Shown: positions 19,409 through 26,333 of the stretch, piece after piece | Layout: each line of letters starts with the position of its first letter | How positions within the stretch are numbered: position 1 is the first letter of the stretch | NCBI GenBank assembly: GCA_029262175.1 | Contig: JAJCZV010000235.1 | Coordinates: 3,014-67,013 of the forward strand | Direction of reading: 5' to 3' | Length of the DNA stretch: 64,000 bases | From: Gemmatimonadota bacterium | GTDB lineage: Bacteria; Gemmatimonadota; Gemmatimonadetes; Palauibacterales; Palauibacteraceae | Translations under genes and position numbers: made by a program | Notes under the pieces: model-generated | Told to the model about the DNA's origin: nothing | Databases searched by the model: none | The model's input: only the letters and a program-made list of their open reading frames with translations

Positions 19409-20389
19409 TCACTCGAGATGACGCTGCGTCGCCCGACCGAGTTCGGAGAGCAGGTCGCGCAGCTCGACGAGGTCATCCATATGTCGGAGCCCCGCTGCAT
19501 CCAGGGCGGAACGATAGCGCTGTGCTCCGGCCCCGCCGACGACGACGGGCACACTCGCGGGCAAACGCCCCCCGAGTCGCACCAGCTCCGCGGGCAGAGC
19601 CGGATCGTCAACGAGATGGACGATGCTCAACGCGACCAAGTCGACGGACGTCGCGCGCGCCGCGTCCGCGATATCATCGGCGGGTAGGTCGGCCCCCAAG
19701 AACGTGATGCGGCACCCCATCGCGGCTGCGGTCGTGGCGACCAATAGGGCACCGACGTCGTGATGCTGGCCCGCAGGCGTCGCGACCAGGACATGCGCGC
19801 CCCCGGACGGTTCGTCTTCCATCCTGCCGACGGCCTCCGTCAGCATGGCCCGCACGACCGCGGTCGCGGCGTGTTCTTGTGCGACAGTCAGTTGCCCGTC
19901 GGCCCAAGATTGCCCGACCTCGTTCATGAGCGGCACCACAACGCCCTCGATGAGTTCCCAGGGAGAGAGTAAGAGCATCGCGCGCCGTATCGTCGCTTTG
20001 AGGCGCGCGGTGTCCATCCCGATCACCGCTCGTCGCGACTCGGTGAGGTGGGTCTCGCAAGGGCCCCTCGATGCCGTGAGGCCGGACCCATGCTTGGGCG
20101 ATTGCGCTTCGTCCTCGCGGGTAAGCGACGCCAGCGCATCCGAGGAAAGCGCGGCCACCTGCCCGATCGTCCGTCCGGCGTCTGTAACCTGCTTGAGGAG
20201 CCGCAGCCTCTCGACGTCGGTGTCCGAATACAGGCGCCGGCCGCTCTCCGTCCGCGCCGGCTCCACGACCCGATAGCGTCGCTCCCAGGCTCGGAGCACG
20301 TCCTTGGAGAGCCCAGACCGCCGCGATGCGATCTGGATAGGGTGCCGTTTAGTCCCGTCGACCAGCGTGTTTGGCGTAGTTGAATCCAT
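19409..20389 (-). CDS. MerR-family regulator with C-terminal cobalamin (B12)-binding domain (CarH/LitR-like)
   Basis: N-terminal MerR HTH (IQIASRRSGLSKDVLRAWERRY...LYSDTDVERLRLL). The C-terminal Rossmann-like B12-binding domain has GQHHDVGALLVA (DxHxxG-type His ligand context). GGAGAC RBS. Confidence 0.75.
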   Translation of the reverse strand: MDSTTPNTLVDGTKRHPIQIASRRSGLSKDVLRAWERRYRVVEPARTESGRRLYSDTDVERLRLLKQVTDAGRTIGQVAALSSDALASLTREDEAQSPKHGSGLTASRGPCETHLTESRRAVIGMDTARLKATIRRAMLLLSPWELIEGVVVPLMNEVGQSWADGQLTVAQEHAATAVVRAMLTEAVGRMEDEPSGGAHVLVATPAGQHHDVGALLVATTAAAMGCRITFLGADLPADDIADAARATSVDLVALSIVHLVDDPALPAELVRLGGRLPASVPVVVGGAGAQRYRSALDAAGLRHMDDLVELRDLLSELGRATQRHLE

Positions 20390-20422
20390 TTCGGTCTCCC
20401 CGGCGAATCCTTGTTTTGAACC

Positions 20423-20506
20423 GAATGTACAGAGTTTGTCTACTCTCCATCAATAGAATATGTAGCATACTATTGATAAATTTCATAGACAAACCGTTTT
20501 ACATTC
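20423..20506. promoter_or_regulatory. AT-rich nested imperfect palindrome (candidate operator) in the divergent carH-like / fasciclin intergenic region
   Basis: Outer arms GAATGTACAGAGTTTGTCTA (20423-20442) and TAGACAAACCGTTTTACATTC (20486-20506). Inner perfect 8-bp IR ATCAATAG (20449-20456) / CTATTGAT (20470-20477). About 35 % GC in a ~67 % GC genome. Confidence 0.5.
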
Positions 20507-20582
20507 GACAAGACTTGGACCAACGGCTGGCCCGCGAGCGCGAGCGCGCCGGATCGGATCCAGAACTTTAAGGGGATAAAAA

Positions 20583-21098
20583 ATGAAGGTCTCAAAGCTC
20601 TTCGCACTCGCTTTGGCAGCCGGCGTCGCGGTATCGAGCCCGGTAGCCGCGCAGCACACGACAATGGCGGCGCAGCACCCGACCATGGATATCGTCGACA
20701 CGGCCGTATCCGCCGGCTCGTTTGAAACGCTCGTCGCCGCGTTGACGGCCGCCGGTCTGGTCGAGACGCTCAAGGGTGACGGTCCGTTCACCGTGTTCGC
20801 ACCCACGGACGAAGCGTTTGCGGCGCTCCCCGAGGGAACCGTTGCCAACCTGCTCAAGCCGGAGAACATCGATCAATTGGTCGCGGTGCTGACGTACCAC
20901 GTGGTTCCGGGTAAGGTTCTCAGCGCCGACGTGGTGGGCCTGTCGTCCGCGAAGACCGTTCAGGGCGAGAGCATCTCGATCGCCGTCAAGGACGGCAAGG
21001 TCATGATCGACGAGGCGCAGGTGGTCACCGCCGACATCGAGACGACCAACGGAGTCATCCACGTGATCAACCAGGTCATCCTTCCCGGGCAGAACTAA
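20583..21098 (+). CDS. Secreted fasciclin (FAS1) domain protein
   Basis: Signal peptide, then FAS1 motifs ([13 protein letters not shown]...[11 protein letters not shown]...TTNGVIHVI). Strong RBS AAGGGGA. Confidence 0.8.
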   Translation: MKVSKLFALALAAGVAVSSPVAAQHTTMAAQHPTMDIVDTAVSAGSFETLVAALTAAGLVETLKGDGPFTVFAPTDEAFAALPEGTVANLLKPENIDQLVAVLTYHVVPGKVLSADVVGLSSAKTVQGESISIAVKDGKVMIDEAQVVTADIETTNGVIHVINQVILPGQN

Positions 21099-21120
21099 CC
21101 TTCCTGTCGGTTGCTTCCGC

Positions 21121-21157
21121 GGGACCCGACCGACGACGGTCGGGTCCCGTTCTTTTT
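21121..21157 (+). terminator. Rho-independent terminator after the fasciclin gene
   Basis: Stem GGGACCCGACCG / CGGTCGGGTCCC with loop ACGA, followed by GTTCTTTTT. Confidence 0.7.
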
Positions 21158-21189
21158 GCCACATCCCTACGCGTGGCTAGGGTTCGCAC

Positions 21190-21410
21190 AAGCGGCGACC
21201 CGCTCCGGGTCGACTTTTCGGTGGCGGCCGCCTCGCGCCGGTACTTGCCGCCGCTCGACATCGGCGGCGCGGCTCGATGGCCGATCCACCGGCCAGAACC
21301 CGTGCGAGTGGCATGGGATTGGGGTTCTTCGAGACGTGGGCGCAGGCACCCTCTTCGACGCAGGCTAGCGCCCCTCCGCCCGACCCTTCCCGGAATCGGT
21401 GACGCGGATC
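21190..21410 (+). repeat. Decayed partial duplicate of the 3' end of the AttH-like gene (segments of 18722-19373, collapsed)
   Basis: Three near-identical blocks: 21190-21285 matches 18712-18790; 21286-21305 matches 18820-18845; 21306-21391 matches 19276-19370. The copy has internal deletions, is not in one frame, and has no start, so it is a gene remnant. Confidence 0.7.
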
Positions 21411-21610
21411 AACACCTTCTGGATATGGATCGAAGAACGCTTGATCAAGCAGGTATTGGGTCTCGAATTCAAAACCGGAGCGATACTCGCGAACCACTTC
21501 CGCGAACGGACGCTTTGCGGTTCGCCACGATCGGGCCGAGGAGTCTGAAGTGCTTCTCGCTGTTTGGAGGGGTTGTCCATCACGGACGTGGATGATACCC
21601 TAAGGTTTCA

Positions 21611-21630
21611 TTATGTGTAGTATACTACTC
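21611..21630. promoter_or_regulatory. Perfect 12-bp palindrome GTAGTATACTAC in the AT-rich promoter region of the esterase gene
   Basis: The palindrome (21617-21628) sits ~45 bp upstream of the 21672 start. It shares TGTAG(C/T)ATACTA with 20461-20472 in the carH/fasciclin operator region. Confidence 0.45.
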
Positions 21631-21671
21631 GTAACGACACCTATAGCTCTCGACTAGAGTAGAGGTCATTC

Positions 21672-22844
21672 ATGAAGGAGTTCACGCTCAGGCTTGCGGC
21701 AACAACGCTCCTATTGGTTGGGGGACCGACTGCGGCATTGCAGGCTCAGGAGGGTCGCCAACATACGTTTTCGTCAGGGGTTCTGGGTGAGGAGAGATCA
21801 CTCACCGTCCACCTCCCGAGCTCTTACGACGAGCAGGGCGGCTACGCCTACCCGGTCCTCTATTTGTTGGACGGACATGCGAACGCCGGCTATGCACTCA
21901 CGGTCTCCGAGTTCTTGGCTGAGAGTGGCGTGGCCCCCGAACTGATCACCGTCGCGATACCGGCCGGGCCGACGCGCGGCCGCGACTATCTGCCACCGAA
22001 CCCGAGTGGCGACGCGAACTCGTCAGGTGAGGCGGATCGATTTCTAGATCATCTCGAGAAGGAGATCATCCCTTTCGTTGAATCCAACTACCGAGCGGCA
22101 CCTTTTCGGTTGGTTTCTGGCCACTCACTGGGCGGCGTCTTCGTGACCCACGCCATGATCACGCGCCCAGGACTCTTCCGCGTCCACCTTGCTCAGAGCC
22201 CCTATCTCATCGAGGCAATCGCTGCGCCTCTGCTCGAGCGCGTCGCGATGTCGCTCGGAGATCGCGCGGGCAGCTCCTTTTACTACATGAACCTCGGCGA
22301 GGAGCCGAACCTGTCAGAGAACTACGACCGGCTTCGCTCGCTACTCGCCACCCGAGCTCCTGGAGGCTTCGAGTGGGCAAGCGACCGTGAAGACGGCGTG
22401 GGCCATATGGGCACCCGCTTGATCGGTCACTATGCCGGCCTCAAGGGATTCTTCGCCGACCGATGGACGCTTCCTACCGCGACGTTGGAGAAAGATGGGG
22501 GCGACGCACTGGCCGCCTATGTCGACCGCCTCAACGCGGATTTTGGTTATCCGGTTCTGATCGGCGAGTCTTCCCTCCAACAGGCGACCCAGTTGTTCTT
22601 TTCCAAGCAAGACATAGCTGCGGCGGGAAGCTCCGCCGAACTCTACGCCAAATACTATCCGCGTTCCCCAATCGCGCACTTCCTTCGGGCAAATGCTCTG
22701 GCTGCTGGTGGTGCAAGAGAAGAGGCGCTCGAAGCGGTCGCGGCAGCAATTTCTTTGTACGAAGCAGAGCCAGATGAAAGCCTTGCGCCGCTCTACCAAG
22801 GGATGAAGCAACTTCGGGCAGGACTAGGCGGAGGTGATCGGTGA
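21672..22844 (+). CDS. Secreted alpha/beta-hydrolase, esterase family (enterochelin-esterase-like) with C-terminal helical/TPR-like tail
   Basis: Signal peptide, then the GHSLGG nucleophile elbow and an esterase-D-like layout (YPVLYLLDG...). Confidence 0.7.
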   Translation: MKEFTLRLAATTLLLVGGPTAALQAQEGRQHTFSSGVLGEERSLTVHLPSSYDEQGGYAYPVLYLLDGHANAGYALTVSEFLAESGVAPELITVAIPAGPTRGRDYLPPNPSGDANSSGEADRFLDHLEKEIIPFVESNYRAAPFRLVSGHSLGGVFVTHAMITRPGLFRVHLAQSPYLIEAIAAPLLERVAMSLGDRAGSSFYYMNLGEEPNLSENYDRLRSLLATRAPGGFEWASDREDGVGHMGTRLIGHYAGLKGFFADRWTLPTATLEKDGGDALAAYVDRLNADFGYPVLIGESSLQQATQLFFSKQDIAAAGSSAELYAKYYPRSPIAHFLRANALAAGGAREEALEAVAAAISLYEAEPDESLAPLYQGMKQLRAGLGGGDR

Positions 22845-23121
22845 AGATCAACAACCTGTCGGCCCCGCCGACCGAATCGGGAGTCTCGTCGCAAGCGTCG
22901 ACTTTGTCGCTTTCCCTGTCATCCGAGAAGTGGACAAGCTCGGCCTTCAAGCCTTGATGAACGCTGCTCCGTGCGGGCAGCAGGCTCCTCGGCAAGTCTC
23001 AGTAGGACGGCGATGAACCGGCGCAAACACGGAGACTACGTCCCAGATATCGCGGACCGACACCGTCGATACCGGTCAGCGAGCGATTGCGGAGTCACGT
23101 CTTCCCAACGAGGAGGCGCAC

Positions 23122-23586
23122 ATGTCTGACAAGGAACTCACGGGCATTCGCGTCCCACCTGTTCTTCATTTCCTATCGTTCCTCGTTGTCGGCATCCTCC
23201 TCGACCGACTTCGGCCCGCTCCATTCCTGCCAACGGCGGTCGCACGGTTGCTGGGAGCCGGTATCATGAGTCTGGCGTTCGCGACGCTCGCCTGGGCAGG
23301 CCTTCATCTCAGGCGTGCGAACACAACCCACGACCACCACGTGCACTCGACCGCCATGGTCTCGGAAGGCCCGTTTCGCATCTCGCGGAACCCCATCTAC
23401 CTGGGGCTTCTTGGTCTGATGATCGGGCTGGCGTTCCGGGGGAACAGCCTGTGGCTCCTAGCGATGGTCGTGCCCCCGTTCATAGTGCTCAATCGGTGGG
23501 TCGTTCCCCGAGAGGAGGCCTACCTGGAGCGCATGTTCGGCGATGCGTACCGTCGGTACCTACGAAACGTCCGCCGGTGGCTTTGA
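23122..23586 (+). CDS. ICMT/PEMT-like membrane methyltransferase family protein
   Basis: Four TM helices plus the C-terminal RNPIYLG...EE.YL...FG..Y..Y motif of isoprenylcysteine carboxyl / phospholipid methyltransferases. Confidence 0.7.
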   Translation: MSDKELTGIRVPPVLHFLSFLVVGILLDRLRPAPFLPTAVARLLGAGIMSLAFATLAWAGLHLRRANTTHDHHVHSTAMVSEGPFRISRNPIYLGLLGLMIGLAFRGNSLWLLAMVVPPFIVLNRWVVPREEAYLERMFGDAYRRYLRNVRRWL

Positions 23587-23648
23587 GCCGAACGTGACCA
23601 CTAACCGACGCGCAGAGAAGCGCCCGCGCGCTTACCACGGAGACGGAC

Positions 23649-24113
23649 ATGCGACTCGGTCTACTTCTAGTACTCTTGGTGTCGATGTCGGCGTGCGAAC
23701 CAATGAGCTCAGCAACGGACAGCACCACCGAGGCGAAAGCCGCGTTTCAGGCGTACGTAGACGCGATCAACAACGGCGATATCGAGTCCGCGTCTGTGAT
23801 GTACGATGTCGAGGAGGGATTCCATTGGGTCGAGCGCGGCGGCCTCCAATACGCCCGCGGCGAAGACGCTGCGGAGTCCTTGAGGACCCTGACGTCTAAT
23901 GGTGGCGTCCCCCGCATGTCGATCGATGACATACATGCTGCGCATCTCTCCAAAGGTGCCGCACTCGTGTCAGCACACTTCGACTTCTCCGTGCTTTCCG
24001 ATACCGGTGAGGAACGATTCAGCTTCGATGGGTGGATGACCGTCGGCATGGCTATGCGAAGCGGTGGATGGCGCATTGCAGGGGGCCAAAGCGGGCCAGG
24101 TGTTGCTCCCTAG
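23649..24113 (+). CDS. Lipoprotein with SnoaL/NTF2-like fold (DUF4440-like)
   Basis: Lipobox-like LVSMSAC, then a ~130 aa NTF2-like pattern (AFQAYVDAINNGDIESASVMY...). Confidence 0.5.
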   Translation: MRLGLLLVLLVSMSACEPMSSATDSTTEAKAAFQAYVDAINNGDIESASVMYDVEEGFHWVERGGLQYARGEDAAESLRTLTSNGGVPRMSIDDIHAAHLSKGAALVSAHFDFSVLSDTGEERFSFDGWMTVGMAMRSGGWRIAGGQSGPGVAP

Positions 24114-24119
24114 TGACTC

Positions 24120-24388
24120 GTCGGCCAACCGTTTTGGGGGACCGGATTGAACGAACATCTCACGCGGCTCGGAGCAACACGGCTCGTGGTTTGTGGCCTC
24201 CAATCGGAGTTCTGTGTCTCGCCTCCACGTGCCGCACGGACTACGCCCAGGGATACAGCGTCGTCCTAGTGACGGATGGACATACGACCGCCATCCGGCC
24301 TCCCGTAGATCCATTAGATCCGCCGACTTCCATAGATACCTCCACTGGCCGCCTACGAGGATCGGATCAACGCCTTCCTTCGGTCTAG
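24120..24388 (+). pseudogene. Isochorismatase-family (cysteine hydrolase) gene remnant: C-terminal third only, with a frameshift
   Basis: One frame reads ...FWGTGLNEHLTRLGATRLVVCGLQSEFCV. The next frame continues TDYAQGYSVVLVTDGHTTAI. Together these rebuild the isochorismatase C-terminal motif (...lvvcG...CV..TardA...Gy.vvlv.Da). The N-terminal ~110 aa are absent, because the upstream gene ends at 24113. Confidence 0.5.
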
Positions 24389-24498
24389 AACCCCAGAATA
24401 TCTTTTCCGCTTGACCGTGGGGATTCCACCGGGTGTGGCCCGATTCACGTCCGTCGACTAGCCTGAGGAAACCGCTAGTCAAAACGAGGGGAGCCGCT

Positions 24499-25698
24499 AT
24501 GCCGTTCGTCCGCCCGCGCCGTTTCGTCCACGCATCCGCTCTCGTGGCGCTCTTTCTTGTCGTCTTCGCTCCGTGGGTCGCCGCTCAACAAGCGCCGACG
24601 CTGTCCTCCGCGGATCCTGCCGATGTGGGGATGTCCGCAGCGGTGCTCCATGGAGCACTGGGCCTGTACGAGGAAGCGGTCGAGCGCGGAGATCTCGTCG
24701 GCGCGGTCGTGCTCGTCGCGCGCCACGGGAAGATCGTTCTTCACGAAGCCGTGGGTTGGAAGGACAGGGACCGAGATCTGCCGATGGAGCGGAACACGAT
24801 GTTCCGCATGGCGTCCAACACCAAGCCCGTCGTCGCCACAGGCATCGCGCAATTGGTGGAGGCCGGTAAGCTCGATTACGACGATGTCGTTCGCGCGTAC
24901 CTGCCCGAATGGGACAACTATCGATCGGGGTTCATCACGATCGGGCAGTTGCTCTCGCATAGCAGCGGCCTTCGGATCCCCACCCTGTTCCTACAGCCGC
25001 TGGGGGATTCACCGACGCTGCAAAGCGAAGCGGCGCGCTTTGGGGCGGTCGGCGCCGTGGTACCGCCGGGCGAGAGCTACAGCTACAACAACCCGGGCTT
25101 CAACACGCTCGGCGCGCTTGTGGAAATCGGTTCCGGACAACTCCTCGAGGATCGCCTACGAGCGACGCTCTATGAGCCACTCGGCATGGTCGACAGTTAC
25201 AACCACAAAGCCGCTCATGAACTCGATGGCAAGCTCGATCGGATGGGTGCCGTCTACTACGAACGCGGCCCCGACGGACAGTGGAAGCCCGACGGCACGC
25301 CAGGCGGTCCAGCGGCTTTCCCGTTTGCGCGCGCCTCCGGCGGAATGATCTCGACAACTTCGGACTACGCGATCTTCTGTCAGATGTTCTTGAATGGTGG
25401 CGTGTACGATGGCGTCCGCTACCTCGAGCGGGAGACCGTCGAACTCATGACGTCTCCAAAGATCCACATCGCCGGCGAGGGCGAAAGCGCTTCGTACTAC
25501 GGCTATGGCTGGCGCATCGCTGACGGCACCTATGGTCACGGGGGCTCTGACGGGACCAACGCCTGGATCGATCCGGAGCGCGGAATCATTGGACTCGTTT
25601 TTACGCAGACGCCGCGCGGTGAGAACCCGCTGGATCGGTTCCGCGAACTCGTAAACCTCTCCATCGCGGATCGCGACCTGTCTACTGACGACCGATAA
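24499..25698 (+). CDS. Secreted serine hydrolase, beta-lactamase/PBP-like (class C/esterase family)
   Basis: RBS GAGGGGAG. Signal peptide, then the SxxK motif in FRMASNTKPV. The overall length fits beta-lactamase-fold esterases. Confidence 0.75.
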   Translation: MPFVRPRRFVHASALVALFLVVFAPWVAAQQAPTLSSADPADVGMSAAVLHGALGLYEEAVERGDLVGAVVLVARHGKIVLHEAVGWKDRDRDLPMERNTMFRMASNTKPVVATGIAQLVEAGKLDYDDVVRAYLPEWDNYRSGFITIGQLLSHSSGLRIPTLFLQPLGDSPTLQSEAARFGAVGAVVPPGESYSYNNPGFNTLGALVEIGSGQLLEDRLRATLYEPLGMVDSYNHKAAHELDGKLDRMGAVYYERGPDGQWKPDGTPGGPAAFPFARASGGMISTTSDYAIFCQMFLNGGVYDGVRYLERETVELMTSPKIHIAGEGESASYYGYGWRIADGTYGHGGSDGTNAWIDPERGIIGLVFTQTPRGENPLDRFRELVNLSIADRDLSTDDR

Positions 25699-25731
25699 CC
25701 GGGTGACTCGAGAGGGGCTCGGCAGACTTCG

Positions 25732-26325
25732 ATGAGATCGAATCGCCGCACGTTCGTCAGGGGCCTGGCGGCCGCGTTTTCGGCGATCGCCCTGGCCGGT
25801 CGTTCCAGACTCGCGGGTCTTTGGCCTCAGATATCGTCATCGGCCCCGAATGCGCTCGACGGTGAAATCCTACGCGCGGTGGGCGGGGCCGTCTTACCCG
25901 AGGAGTTGTCCGAGGCGGACAGAGAGCGTGCGATCGGAGCGTTCGAAGTGTGGTTGCGGGGCTTCCGCCCGAACGCGGAGCAGCGGCACCCCTACGGCGG
26001 TTGGATCATCCCCTACGGCCCTGGAGACCCGGAACCCAGGTGGGCTGGACAATTGAGCGCGCTCCAAACAGACGCGAGTCGGAGCGGGGGCTCCTTCGCG
26101 GACCTCTCGATCGGCGATCGGCGCGCGCTGCTCGAAGCCGCCATCGAAGACGCCGGCGAGCGGTTCCCCGCTCCCGCAGATGCAGATCACATAGCCGTCG
26201 CACTGATGGCGCACTACTTCGCATCACCAGAAGCGAACGACCGCGCTCACGGCGTCGTGATCGACAAGATGAGTTGTCGTTCGATCTTCACGGCCGGCGA
26301 TTCCCCGCCGCCTCTTCCGGATTGA
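25732..26325 (+). CDS. TAT-signal small subunit, gluconate 2-dehydrogenase subunit 3 family (partner of a GMC oxidoreductase)
   Basis: Twin-arginine signal RRTFVRGLAAAFSAIALAG. About 190 aa, located directly upstream of the GMC oxidoreductase. Confidence 0.6.
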   Translation: MRSNRRTFVRGLAAAFSAIALAGRSRLAGLWPQISSSAPNALDGEILRAVGGAVLPEELSEADRERAIGAFEVWLRGFRPNAEQRHPYGGWIIPYGPGDPEPRWAGQLSALQTDASRSGGSFADLSIGDRRALLEAAIEDAGERFPAPADADHIAVALMAHYFASPEANDRAHGVVIDKMSCRSIFTAGDSPPPLPD

Positions 26326-26333
26326 GCCGCGTC

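Noticed and set aside
20380-20571. 63-aa ORF in the AT-rich carH/fasciclin intergenic region
   Set aside because: Its composition is atypical for this genome's coding DNA. The region is better explained as a divergent promoter/operator.
25950-26333. 5' extension of the GMC oxidoreductase ORF, and similar extensions of the ORFs at 16934, 35534, 57619, 58922 and 59773
   Set aside because: These extensions overlap the 3' ends of the upstream genes in a different frame. Conserved N-terminal motifs and start/stop coupling place the true starts at 26334, 17171, 35855, 57811, 59024 and 59833.
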